From IMG/VR virus record IMGVR_UViG_3300025433_000326, positions 1 through 54,648 of that record: a stretch of DNA of 54,648 nucleotides; one strand, given 5' to 3'. A model generated the notes under the pieces. That model was not told the origin of the DNA and searched no databases. It was given only the letters and a program-made list of their open reading frames with translations. This DNA comes from a virus (taxonomy: Duplodnaviria; Caudoviricetes). Position 1 is the first letter of the stretch; each line of letters starts with the position of its first letter. Positions 26,722 to 36,108 of this stretch are shown piece after piece. Both the position numbers and the translations under genes were made by a program.

Positions 26722-27621
26722 TCAAGTGGGGCAACTGGGATCTGATTGCTGCTGCCCTGGTGCTGGCGCGGTGCGGGTGACATCCACGGTGCGCTGTGGC
26801 TGGCCGACTGTCCGCGGAGCGGCCTGCGGCCCTGGCGGGCGCTGGGCCACCGGTGCTGGGCGCGTGGCTGGCGACGGGTTGCCTTGTGGTTGAGGCCGCC
26901 CGCCCTCGTCCCTTCTGCTGCTTTCCTCGTTGAAATCGTCATCACGATCAGCCGCAAGGCCCAGCACCATCTGCAGCGCCAGCCGGCGGGCTGTTGTAAG
27001 GCCTGCAGAGTGTGATTGCCCTGGGGAGCGATCGGATGACCCAGGGAACAGCGGCACCGGGCCCCCGCTGACGGCGCCGCCATTCGCATGGATCAGGTAA
27101 GCGGTAATCACCGGATCGCCGCTGTCGCTCAGCTCTTGCCTGGTGATCGCCGCCAGCCCAAAAGCCGCAGCAAGCTGCCCTGCCGCAATGACGGCGGCCA
27201 GGTCGGCATAGCCGTACTCGACTAGATCCCCTTTCTTGGTCCTGTAACCAGCGAAACGGTTCTCGGCCAGGTGGGGCTTTGTCGCATGCCAGGCGGCGAA
27301 GGCCTTGAAGAGCTCTACCTGCTGCTCCGGGAGCGGCTTGTAGCCAAGGAAATCCACCAGCCGCGCCTGCTGGTCATCACTGCCTGAGGGGGCGGCCTGG
27401 CTCAGGGCCATCTCTTGGACCTTGGAGTTCAGATCACCGAAGGCCTTGCGCGCACCAGCGAGCTGGGTCTGGAGGGTTTGAATCTCGGCGGCGTGACCAG
27501 CAACGGCCGCGGCCACGTTGGAGATCAGATCATCCGTGCCCTGAACGGAGCCATCTTGCTGCTGGGGCGGCTGCTGGCCGGCCTCCGGCGGCAGGGCGCC
27601 TGGGGTGTCTTGCATGTTCAC
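26722..27621 (-). CDS. erf: ERF-family single-strand annealing protein
   Basis: YGYADL, G LTTARRLALQMVLGLAA.DDD motif. Confidence 0.8.
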   Translation of the reverse strand: MNMQDTPGALPPEAGQQPPQQQDGSVQGTDDLISNVAAAVAGHAAEIQTLQTQLAGARKAFGDLNSKVQEMALSQAAPSGSDDQQARLVDFLGYKPLPEQQVELFKAFAAWHATKPHLAENRFAGYRTKKGDLVEYGYADLAAVIAAGQLAAAFGLAAITRQELSDSGDPVITAYLIHANGGAVSGGPVPLFPGSSDRSPGQSHSAGLTTARRLALQMVLGLAADRDDDFNEESSRRDEGGRPQPQGNPSPATRPAPVAQRPPGPQAAPRTVGQPQRTVDVTRTAPAPGQQQSDPSCPT

Positions 27622-27991
27622 AGAACTGGGGAGTGTGCCGCGGCGGCCGTCTGACCGCTTTGGTCATGGCACACTAGCACTACGATTCAGCCATATCGGT
27701 AGCAGGCCGCACCGTCTGGGGCGCTGCCGGGGCCCGGCCGGTCACCTTCGATGAAGGAGCAGCTCCAGGCTGCTGCAACCTGGAGTAGGTCAGGTACGCT
27801 CGCCATCCAGGCATCCACCAAGACAACAAAGGCCCCGCCAACAGGCGGAGCCGATGCTGCCCCTTGCGGGGCCACGGAGGCGGCCCGCTCCCCAGCGAAC
27901 AACGTCTCCGTAGCGCCGCGATCCTATCGCAGGCACTGCCGGATAGAGGCCCAGTAGGGCCAGGGACCAGCAAACCTATCGCTATTCACGA

Positions 27992-29635
27992 ATGAGCAGA
28001 GCAGAGCAGAACACGGGTGAAACCTTCCAGCTGGAGAGGCAGCGGTTTGTACTTCTACCTCTTGAACTTCTGGCCAGTTGTTCATCCAAGGCGCGAAAGC
28101 CGCTGGTCTTTGTTTATAGCTGGCTTTGGTATCACGCGGGGCAAATTGATTCGTATCCATCCGTATCTCGGCTGAGTTTGGAATGCGGGATGAGCATGGC
28201 CGACATCCGGGCAGCGATCAAGGAACTGCTGTTTGAGGGCTGGATCACGTGCAAAAAAACAACGGGCCCAAAAGGGGTGAAAACGTACCGGATCACGGCC
28301 GATTACAGCACCATAAAACGACCACGGAAGCAAAAAAAAGGCAGTTTTCCTCCCGCTGTCTCTCCAGTCCCTGACAGCGATTTGCCTATGCACCCCCTAC
28401 CCATGGGTACCCCCTACCCACAGGTACCCCCCCCTACCCATGGGTACCCCCTACCCACAGGTACCCCCCCCTACCCACAGGTACCCCCTAAACGGCCTGA
28501 AAATGACCCTCCAGGCACCCCCTTGCAATCGTCTGAAGCGTATAAAACAGCTGAGACTGATGCCCTAGCCTGGAATCTCAGCGATTCAAACCCTGAAAAA
28601 AAAGTTTTCCACAGGCCTGTTTTTGAAGGCTCCTGCGCGGCCTGTTCCTCAAAAAACGGTCACCCCGCGTCAACCGCTGAAACCTGTTCCTGTAGAAGGG
28701 ATCCCAGCGAAAGCCCAACACCTGAAACAGGGGGCTTGACACGTAAGATACCCTTAGAAGAATCTAGAATAGATTCTTCCTCTAACTCTTTATCTACTTC
28801 TAAGGTTACTTTCTTAAAACCATATAAGCTTGGTCATCAACAAAAACACGCTGCTAACGATTCAACGGCAGCGGCATGCGACCCCGACATAAGCAACCCA
28901 GGGCAAGTTCAGCCCGTCCCACCGCTCACCACCTTGCCGCCGCCGCAAATCGTGGTACAGTCGGCAAGCAACCTCACCGCTCCCCAGCAACATGATTCCC
29001 CACTCAGCTCCCTCCCACCCTGCGCAGAGCCGTACCGCCACCTGCTCGCCCAGTGGTGGGCCTCCCGCAGCTTCAGGCACCGAAGCCTCCAGCCTGATCA
29101 GCCTCTCGCCCAGGCCGACCTGGACGCCATCAGCCTCGCTCACGCTCACGGCGTCCTAGAGCCCTTCCTCGCACAAGCGGCCGCGGCCGGCTGGAAGTCT
29201 CTTGCCTATCGCGTCAAGATTCGCATCCAGCAGCTACAAGCAGGACCAGCAGCAGCCGCCGACTTTGATCGGCTCCGCTCCCAGTACCTCGCTGCTCCAA
29301 ATCGCGTTCCTTGTCAATCTCTGCCCCGTGCGCAGAAAGAGCTCGCCCTCATCCTCAAAGAGGGCTACTCCATTGACCAGATCCTCGCCGCGCTCACCGC
29401 TGAAACGGCTGCGCAAGCCGCAAAGCTCAGCAAAGCTGAGTTCTGCCCTTCCATGCCAGACATCGCTCGATGGCTCAAGGAACGCCGCTTTGCTGCCTAC
29501 ATCCAGGCCCCAACCTCAGAGCCGCGCATCCTCTCCCCTGCTGACTTCACCCATGCCATAGACGAAGACGGTGAGCCCGATCCCTTCGCTTACTCCAACT
29601 ACCTCGAAGCCTGCAAGCTACAGGGCCTCATCTGA
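27992..29635 (+). CDS. phage replication initiator (N-terminal wHTH)
   Basis: SYPSVSRLSLECGMS...IKELLFEGWI; internal iterons; C-terminal P..ARWL..RRF. Confidence 0.8.
   Translation: MSRAEQNTGETFQLERQRFVLLPLELLASCSSKARKPLVFVYSWLWYHAGQIDSYPSVSRLSLECGMSMADIRAAIKELLFEGWITCKKTTGPKGVKTYRITADYSTIKRPRKQKKGSFPPAVSPVPDSDLPMHPLPMGTPYPQVPPPTHGYPLPTGTPPYPQVPPKRPENDPPGTPLQSSEAYKTAETDALAWNLSDSNPEKKVFHRPVFEGSCAACSSKNGHPASTAETCSCRRDPSESPTPETGGLTRKIPLEESRIDSSSNSLSTSKVTFLKPYKLGHQQKHAANDSTAAACDPDISNPGQVQPVPPLTTLPPPQIVVQSASNLTAPQQHDSPLSSLPPCAEPYRHLLAQWWASRSFRHRSLQPDQPLAQADLDAISLAHAHGVLEPFLAQAAAAGWKSLAYRVKIRIQQLQAGPAAAADFDRLRSQYLAAPNRVPCQSLPRAQKELALILKEGYSIDQILAALTAETAAQAAKLSKAEFCPSMPDIARWLKERRFAAYIQAPTSEPRILSPADFTHAIDEDGEPDPFAYSNYLEACKLQGLI
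28393..28490. repeat. iteron-like repeats / probable origin
   Basis: Five units of C5-8-TACCCA-(TG/CA)GGTA (17/20 bp), with an AT-rich tract downstream at about 28740-28860. Confidence 0.75.
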
Positions 29636-30108
29636 TGACCATCTCCCCAGCACCAGCCAGCCTCCCAGCTCACAAGCGCCGACCATCCAAAGGCCCCGGC
29701 TTCACCATTCCCAATTACGCCTGTTGGGCCTGCGAAGACACCGGCATCGTCAGCAACGGTGATGGCCTTGTCAACGATTGGTTGCCTGACTACGACATCA
29801 CGCCTGATGGCGTCATCCTCCCAGGCAGTGACCCGGCCTGCATCTGCCAATGCCTCGCCGCTTACCCATCCTCTAACCAGCCAGGCCGCGGCGGATTCAG
29901 AGACTCCGCAGGGCCACGCGCTGTTGAAACCCTCAACGGCCAACGCTTTGCTGGTGTCCAGTTCCCCCAGGCCGGCGTCCAGGCCCTGCACACCGAGCGC
30001 AAGCGGCTCGGCATGGCAGGCATCAAACACACCGCTCAGGCTGCTCGCCTGGCCGCGGCCGCCATGACCACTGCCTCTATCGGCAGCATCCTCCCCCCAA
30101 CACCATGA
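29635..30108 (+). CDS. Zn-finger replication-associated protein
   Basis: CWACEDTG...CICQC; coupled to the initiator. Confidence 0.6.
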   Translation: MTISPAPASLPAHKRRPSKGPGFTIPNYACWACEDTGIVSNGDGLVNDWLPDYDITPDGVILPGSDPACICQCLAAYPSSNQPGRGGFRDSAGPRAVETLNGQRFAGVQFPQAGVQALHTERKRLGMAGIKHTAQAARLAAAAMTTASIGSILPPTP

Positions 30109-30305
30109 TCAACCTCCCGCTCATCCCCGGAAGCGTCAGCTGGGCTCGCAAGGCCGCCTGGCTGCAGCATCCCTGGGTTCACCGCATGGAACGCGGCGAA
30201 CGCCGCGCTACGGCCCTCTGGTACTGGCGCACCGCCCCCAAAATCGCCGCATCCTGGCCGGAGTTCTGGCGGTCAATCAATGCCAACAACGGTGTGGTCC
30301 CATGA
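30105..30305 (+). CDS. hypothetical protein
   Basis: ATGA overlaps at both ends. Confidence 0.55.
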   Translation: MINLPLIPGSVSWARKAAWLQHPWVHRMERGERRATALWYWRTAPKIAASWPEFWRSINANNGVVP

Positions 30306-30631
30306 AGGCTTCCACACGCTTCCCTCTCCCGCCCATCGGCACCGCCATGGTCCTCGCACCAGCCGGCGACCACCTCGATCACCTCGATATCCATCCCGTC
30401 AACGTCCAGGCACACCTCGGACGCTTCTTCATCGCGGGTGGCATCCGCTTTCACTCCGCTGACGATCGCCTCCAAGGCCCAGGGCCCGATGGATGGGCAA
30501 ACTCCCACGCCGTTATCCATTGCCTGCCCCCAGGGGCCGACCTGGTGCCAACTGCAGCCATAATCTCCGCCGCCTCCTTCCAGCCGATGGCCGCGGCCAT
30601 CGGACAACCAGAACCCACAGAGGCCTGGTAA
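30302..30631 (+). CDS. hypothetical protein
   Basis: Coupled ORF. Confidence 0.55.
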   Translation: MKASTRFPLPPIGTAMVLAPAGDHLDHLDIHPVNVQAHLGRFFIAGGIRFHSADDRLQGPGPDGWANSHAVIHCLPPGADLVPTAAIISAASFQPMAAAIGQPEPTEAW

Positions 30632-31282
30632 ATGATCCACTCCCTTCCCGCCTGGCTTCACAACCATCCCGTCATGCCAGACGGCCGCGGCTATGTGTCC
30701 ACCGCTGGTGAGCCGATTCACCAAACCGCCCGGGAGATCCTGGCGACCATCCACCCGCATCACCGCCTACACGCTGAAAGGAACCTGATCGTGCTGCGCG
30801 CTTGCGTGGCCTATGCGACCAGCCGCTTTGATGCCGATCGGTCTGCTGGTGGCCTGTGGCAGCCGACAGCGGCACCATTCAGCGACCACCTGGAGGTGAT
30901 CGAGCCGCTGCTTGCTCACGGGTTCTGGGATCAGCTCACCTGTCACGCGGCACCGATTCACCTGCGGCACCGCCGGCTGATGGTGGCCACCACCGCCGAG
31001 CTATTGGTCAAGTTCCGCAATGGCGGCGACCTGGGCATCGCCACCGTCCAGACGGCGCCGCGTGACCAGCTCAACCCGATCCACGTCGAGGCTGAGCTTG
31101 GTGCTGCCCTGGCCCTACTGGGTGACTCCTGGGGCTGGTTTCCGTCGAGATCATTCGTGATCTATGCCCGCCCAGGCAAGACCACGGTGGAGCTCGTTGG
31201 AGTGGATCAAGCAATCGGCCACTGGGTTGATGCGCTCGATTCCCGCCGGTGGCTCATCAAAAACCTGCAGCGCACCGAATGA
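30632..31282 (+). CDS. degenerate PD-(D/E)XK exonuclease-like protein
   Basis: VATTAELLV...LGIATVQT aligns by eye with AGT.D...I.DWKT but lacks the catalytic D/K. Confidence 0.45.
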   Translation: MIHSLPAWLHNHPVMPDGRGYVSTAGEPIHQTAREILATIHPHHRLHAERNLIVLRACVAYATSRFDADRSAGGLWQPTAAPFSDHLEVIEPLLAHGFWDQLTCHAAPIHLRHRRLMVATTAELLVKFRNGGDLGIATVQTAPRDQLNPIHVEAELGAALALLGDSWGWFPSRSFVIYARPGKTTVELVGVDQAIGHWVDALDSRRWLIKNLQRTE

Positions 31283-31439
31283 ACGACATGAAAGACCCCG
31301 AATGGCTGGCCAGTTTCGCTGCCAGCGCCCGCCAACAGCTCAGCAGCGTGAGCTTCGCCCTGATCGCTGCTGATGCAACGGTCCGGGTCAAGCGCCGCCG
31401 CCTCCTTCGCCGTCCCACTGTTCCCCAACCATCACCCCA

Positions 31440-31709
31440 ATGAAACGCTTCCTCCTGCTCCCCCTCCTGCTCGCCGTTGGCGCCCTGGCTCCTGCCTCTG
31501 CGCAGAGCCTCCAGCCAAATCCTCGCTCGATGTTCGAATACGCCAAAATGGGCGCCCTATGGCATGGCGGAAACTTCGCCAAGAAGGGCAAGTTTCGGTG
31601 GGCCTGCACGACCTACAGGCATCTGCTCTTCATTGAAGAGAGTGATAATCGCAGCACTGCCAGTGATCGAGCTACCACCAAACGACTGATCAGCAAGGTG
31701 TGCCGATGA
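31440..31709 (+). CDS. small secreted hypothetical protein
   Basis: Signal peptide MKRFLLLPLLLAVGALAPASA; two Cys. Confidence 0.6.
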   Translation: MKRFLLLPLLLAVGALAPASAQSLQPNPRSMFEYAKMGALWHGGNFAKKGKFRWACTTYRHLLFIEESDNRSTASDRATTKRLISKVCR

Positions 31710-31816
31710 CTAATCGAGTTATTCAAACACCGCCCCGCGCTGCTCTCCCCTGAGCAGTTTCAATGGTGGCTAGAAACCGCCACAATCGAAGAACTTGAAT
31801 CCTTTGCAAGATCAGC

Positions 31817-32134
31817 ATGATCCCCGAACTTTTCGCCCCATTCGCCGCCACCGCAGTTATCACGCTGGCCGTCACCGAGACGGTCATCAAACCCATCTCA
31901 ACCCGCCTGTTCAGGCGTTATGCCCCAGCCACGCTCGCCCTGTTTATGGCCAGGGCAGACGATCTGCTGTTCTGGGCAATTGAACACGACAAAACCCGCG
32001 ATGAATACGAAGCAGCTTTATGCCTGTGGATGGAAGAACAAGTAGGGGATCAGTGGGGACCGCAGGATTGTGACCGCGCATTCGGCGGTGGCTACGACCC
32101 ACGAATTGCCTTGGAGCATTGTTCCAGAACATAG
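31817..32134 (+). CDS. hypothetical membrane-anchored protein
   Basis: ATG 31817, hydrophobic N-terminus. Confidence 0.55.
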   Translation: MIPELFAPFAATAVITLAVTETVIKPISTRLFRRYAPATLALFMARADDLLFWAIEHDKTRDEYEAALCLWMEEQVGDQWGPQDCDRAFGGGYDPRIALEHCSRT

Positions 32135-32483
32135 CACCGAAAACCACACTGTTACCCAGGCTGTCCCTTATCTGCAACTCCAGACTTCTATCTACGGTGG
32201 CCGCTGGAAAGATGTTCCCATTGTCGAGCCTGAAGATGAAGAGGCGAGCTAATGACAACCAAACTTCTAAACGATTTAGCCAAGTGCGCAGTGCGCCGCG
32301 CCCATCTTTACGCTTACTCCCCTCGTTTCTGGCGTGAGGGCGCTGCTGCTTCCATTCTGTACGGCTTTTCTTGGCCTAAGGCTGAATTGCGGGGTATAGA
32401 AGAGTGACAGGGCAAGATGGTGTTGCCTGTCAGGCGAATGACACCTATTCCGCAACCCTCGAACACTCCACCAAACAAAAATC

Positions 32484-32561
32484 ATGACCGACATCGACCT
32501 ATCAAATTTTGTTAACCAAGATGTTTGTGTTGAGCAACGTTCCAAGCGGCCCAACGCATGA
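32484..32561 (+). pseudogene. truncated 25-aa ORF ending inside the attC-like site
   Basis: MTDIDLSNFVNQDVCVEQRSKRPNA*; its TGA overlaps the methyltransferase ATG. Confidence 0.45.
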
Positions 32562-32618
32562 GTTCACCGATCCATAGCGAGGAACGAGCGGAGGATTCGG
32601 TGCAACGCCTTGTTCTGT
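32549..32618 (-). mobile_element. integron attC-like recombination site
   Basis: Minus strand: ACAGAAC-AAGGC-GTTGCACCGAATCC-...GCTCGTTCCTCGC...-GGATCGGTGAAC-TCATGC-GTTGGGC. It has AAC/GTT R boxes, unpaired spacers and two extrahelical bases. Confidence 0.8.
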
Positions 32619-33688
32619 CCGATTCGGTGGAACTGTGGCTGGGCGATTGTCGGGAGATTGCGCCGAATCTTTCTGGCGTAGATTTACTGGTTGCAGATCC
32701 GCCCTATGGGATGGGGAAAAAGGGAATCATGCACGATGACATCTATGGGAAAAAGCTGGACGCCTTCCTCATGGAATGCTGGGGGGCTTGCCGTCCCTCT
32801 CTCAAGGACAACGCAAGTGCCTACATCTGGGGGCAATCGGAGGACTTGTGGCGGCTGTGGTATCGCGGGGGGCTGAACGACTCGGAAAGACTGACAATGC
32901 GAAATGAAATCGTGTGGAACAAGGGCAGCGCGCAAGGAATGGGTTCCGATCAACACCGGAGGTTTCCCACAGCAACGGAGCGCTGTCTGTTCTTCATGCT
33001 CGGAGAGCAGGGGTTCAACAACAACGCCGACAACTATTGGGAAGGGTGGGCACCGCTTCAATTATATTTGAAAGGCGAGCGTGATGCGATGGGATGGACA
33101 AGCGTTGAACTGAAACGGTTAGCGGGTCACTCGGCGAGCGGGCACGACCACTGGACGGGATTGTCGCAATGGATGTTCCCCACCCGTGAAACTTACGACG
33201 CATGGAAAGCGGCAGCAAGCGGCCAAGCATTCAAGCGGGAGCACGACGACCTGAAGCGGGAGCATGACGACCTGAAGCGGGAGCATGACGACCTGAAGCG
33301 GGAGTTCTACGCCACCCGCGCACACTTCGACAACGGACACCAGAACATGACCGATGTCTGGACGTATCCGAGAGTGAACGGCAAGGAGCGCCACGGCCAC
33401 GAATCACCCAAGCCGGTCGCGATGATGGCGCGAGCAGTGAAGACTAGCTGCCCCGAAGGTGGGCTCGTTCTCGACCCATTCATGGGGACGGCTCCCACCG
33501 CTATCGCGTGCATCCGAACAGGTCGCCGATTCATAGGGATAGAAAAAGACCCCGACCACTTCGAGACGGCGCGGAAGCGGATCGAGGCGGAACTCGCTCA
33601 GGGCGATCTATTTCTTAGACAGACGGACACCCTTAGCAATGCCCCCCACGCCCAACCTCAGCCCTCATTTCCCAGCGAGCTGGCCTGA
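32558..33688 (+). CDS. orphan N6A/N4C DNA methyltransferase (beta class)
   Basis: DPPY, HESPKP, VLDPFMG, FIGIE motifs. Confidence 0.93.
   Translation: MSSPIHSEERAEDSVQRLVLSDSVELWLGDCREIAPNLSGVDLLVADPPYGMGKKGIMHDDIYGKKLDAFLMECWGACRPSLKDNASAYIWGQSEDLWRLWYRGGLNDSERLTMRNEIVWNKGSAQGMGSDQHRRFPTATERCLFFMLGEQGFNNNADNYWEGWAPLQLYLKGERDAMGWTSVELKRLAGHSASGHDHWTGLSQWMFPTRETYDAWKAAASGQAFKREHDDLKREHDDLKREHDDLKREFYATRAHFDNGHQNMTDVWTYPRVNGKERHGHESPKPVAMMARAVKTSCPEGGLVLDPFMGTAPTAIACIRTGRRFIGIEKDPDHFETARKRIEAELAQGDLFLRQTDTLSNAPHAQPQPSFPSELA
33233..33304 (+). repeat. 21-bp in-frame VNTR (KREHDDL x3.4)
   Basis: AAGCGGGAGCAYGACGACCTG repeated. Confidence 0.95.
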
Positions 33689-33892
33689 TCCCGCCATGTT
33701 CTGGCCTGCCCTACAGTTGCTGGAGTCAACCACCCCGCGCCCAGCGCCGCCGTTCCTGTCCAACAGAGGGGAGGCATGGTTCTGGAATGATGACTCGGAT
33801 TGCTGGGAGTTGCTTCGATGGAGGGATCTTGGCGGCCCTGGGATTGCTGACTACAGATATTGGCTGCCGTTTTACATGATTCCACAGGTTCC

Positions 33893-34249
33893 ATGACCAC
33901 GCCTGACCTGCGCCAACTCAAGGCCATCCCGGAATCGCCCTACAAGGAAGCCCTGGCCGCTGCTCTAGGTGTCGAGTTGCCTCCCGAGGGTGTTAGCTCG
34001 ATATGGACCATCACTCCCTGCCCTGGGGCTCTCTCTGTTCAATTCGTATCAGCCGGGAAAGGTGGCGGCCCCGATACCTGGGTGGTTTTCGCCACTGACG
34101 ACTATCCGCACCGGTCTGGCGTCTACACCGATGGGTCTGCTGCTCTCGCAGCTGCCAGCCCCCAGGGCGCCGGCATCGCTGCTGGTCAGTCTCTGCGCCG
34201 TTTTATGCGCTTTTGGGGCTGGTTACCGGAGAAGGAGCGCCAGCTGTGA
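33893..34249 (+). CDS. hypothetical protein
   Basis: ATG 33893; overlapping stops and starts with neighbours. Confidence 0.55.
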   Translation: MTTPDLRQLKAIPESPYKEALAAALGVELPPEGVSSIWTITPCPGALSVQFVSAGKGGGPDTWVVFATDDYPHRSGVYTDGSAALAAASPQGAGIAAGQSLRRFMRFWGWLPEKERQL

Positions 34250-34488
34250 AGCACTGCCACAGCTGCGGCATCCCCACCCGTGCGCATGGGCTTCTGTGTC
34301 GGCACTGCAGCAAGCAAACGCCTGAAGCGATCCTGGCCAGGGAGCAGAAGCGCAGAGAGAACGCCCCCACCAGCTGCCCGGCTTGCATCCATTGGACGGC
34401 GCCCGCTGGCTGCTACTTCGAGTTCCCCGAGGCCGGCGGCCGGTTTTACCATTGTTCGGCCTTCAAGCGCCAAGGCCCGGATGGCTAA
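34246..34488 (+). CDS. Cys-rich Zn-binding hypothetical protein
   Basis: CxxC x3, CIHW...C.FEFPE...C; similar to the tail of 23968..24447. Confidence 0.55.
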   Translation: MKHCHSCGIPTRAHGLLCRHCSKQTPEAILAREQKRRENAPTSCPACIHWTAPAGCYFEFPEAGGRFYHCSAFKRQGPDG

Positions 34489-35395
34489 GCGGCAAGTGGT
34501 CAACTGGAAAGAGTCCTCTCTCACCGGGGCGCTGGTCGCGCTCCATGACAGCTGGATCAACAAGGTCGGGCCTGAAGAGCTGGAGGCGGATTTTCCCGCC
34601 GCCGGTTGGATCCCAATAGAGGGAGCGAATGAAGAACGTACTGATGAGTCGCCACTGGTGATCTGAGGCCTGCTCCCAGGCCCCCCACTGGCTGAACGTG
34701 GCGACCCAGTTTTGCCGCTCGAGGTTCGGGAGCTCACCCAGCTGATCCATCGCCAGCTGGTTTCTGACGGCCATCAAGGGGTACTTCATCCTGCGCATCC
34801 CTACCGCCTGAAGACGTTGCCCGATGTTTACATAATCACCAAGCAGTTTTAGCCATTCCTGTTGCCGTGCCAGTTGTATCGGGTTGCGGTGCTCGCAAAG
34901 CCGTGCAAGCTGAGGCAGCCGGCTTTGCATGGCCTGAAAGAGGGTTCGTTTTATCATCAGTTCGTGGACCTTATATTTTGGGCTATAGCATTTCCTGCAA
35001 TGCCACCCGGGCCCAGTATTGCAATCGGTTCTTTTCAGTCGGGTTCGGCAATCCCCGCAGCGAATGAGCCCATCAAACGTGTGCTGCTTTCCCCCGAACA
35101 GTTCGTTGCAACCCTTGCCGGCATTGATCAATCGTTGGCCAGCGGCCCAGTCAACTTCATCAATTAGCCGCGCTTCTGTTTCCTGGTGACCCTTGCCACG
35201 CAGCGCAGGATTCTCCCAGAATCGCTGGAGGGTGATGCGATAACAGCCCATCCGCCGCGCAGTTGTCGCCCAGAGAAACCCGGTGTCAAAGAGACTCTCG
35301 ATCCACGTCTTCGCTATTTCCCAGTTGTCTGGGTGTTTTTTCAGTATCCCGTCAGAGACGCAAAAGCCAAAAGGGCGTGTCTTGACCGCTTCCAA
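34463..35395 (-). CDS. large serine recombinase C-terminal region (recombinase + Zn ribbon), no catalytic domain
   Basis: RPFGF, WENPALRG, LIDEVDW, FDGLIRCGDC...WHCRKC, coiled coil, FIRSLYW. Start uncertain (TTG 35395). Confidence 0.65.
   Translation of the reverse strand: MEAVKTRPFGFCVSDGILKKHPDNWEIAKTWIESLFDTGFLWATTARRMGCYRITLQRFWENPALRGKGHQETEARLIDEVDWAAGQRLINAGKGCNELFGGKQHTFDGLIRCGDCRTRLKRTDCNTGPGWHCRKCYSPKYKVHELMIKRTLFQAMQSRLPQLARLCEHRNPIQLARQQEWLKLLGDYVNIGQRLQAVGMRRMKYPLMAVRNQLAMDQLGELPNLERQNWVATFSQWGAWEQASDHQWRLISTFFIRSLYWDPTGGGKIRLQLFRPDLVDPAVMERDQRPGERGLFPVDHLPLSHPGLGA
34481..34666 (+). CDS. hypothetical protein
   Basis: ATG overlaps the upstream gene, but it also overlaps the convergent recombinase-like ORF. 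Confidence 0.35.
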   Translation: MAKRQVVNWKESSLTGALVALHDSWINKVGPEELEADFPAAGWIPIEGANEERTDESPLVI

Positions 35396-35448
35396 AATTG
35401 AATTGTCCGCTGTTGAGTGAGTAACATCATGCCAGCAGGTTCCCTTCA

Positions 35449-36108
35449 ATGAGTAGCAAGCGTCCCGCCACTTTGCCGCCGTTGCCACCCACGACGATGA
35501 CAACCCTGGCAGCGCTGCTGCCGGATAGGAAGAACGCCCGGCGTCGAACGCAACGGTCCACAGGGATGATCGAGCGTTCTCTCTCTGAGTTCGGCGCGGC
35601 CCGGTCTGTGGTGATTGATGAGCACGGGACCCTCTTGGCCGGGAACGGCACCGCCGAGGCGGCCGCATCGATCGGGATTGAGCGGGTGCTCATTGTTCCG
35701 GTAGATGGCAACACGCTGGTGGCGGTCCAGCGTTCTGATCTAAATCCCGAACAGAAGGCCGAGTATGGCGTTGCTGACAACCGTTCGTCAGACACCTCAG
35801 GATTCAGCGGGGAAGCTCTCAACACCCTGCTGGAAGAGCACTCTGGCCTCGATCTCAGTCCTTACTTCACCGATGATGAGTTCAAAGCGCTGATCAGCGA
35901 CCTGGACCCACCTCCAGGCGATAAAGGGGGAGGGGAAGGAGCCAGCGCGGGCGGCCTCGAAGTCAAGCTGAGGTTTTCAACAGAGGAAGACCTGAGGGAG
36001 TTCCAGCAGCTGATGGTGAGGCTGGCCGAGGCAATGCCAGAGGAAGAGACGACAGAGGCGCGGCTGGTTCGAGCTGCTGAATCAATGCTGGCGAGGTTGG
36101 GCCGTTGA
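35449..36108 (+). CDS. ParB-like N-terminal domain protein
   Basis: KNARR...SLSEFGA...LAGNGT...GVADNR; typical of the region upstream of terminase. Confidence 0.8.
   Translation: MSSKRPATLPPLPPTTMTTLAALLPDRKNARRRTQRSTGMIERSLSEFGAARSVVIDEHGTLLAGNGTAEAAASIGIERVLIVPVDGNTLVAVQRSDLNPEQKAEYGVADNRSSDTSGFSGEALNTLLEEHSGLDLSPYFTDDEFKALISDLDPPPGDKGGGEGASAGGLEVKLRFSTEEDLREFQQLMVRLAEAMPEEETTEARLVRAAESMLARLGR

Noticed and set aside
34463-35668. Functional integrase, or the full 401-aa ORF
   Set aside because: The N-terminal 90 codons are antisense to the ParB-like gene and its leader, and no catalytic Ser resolvase motif is present.
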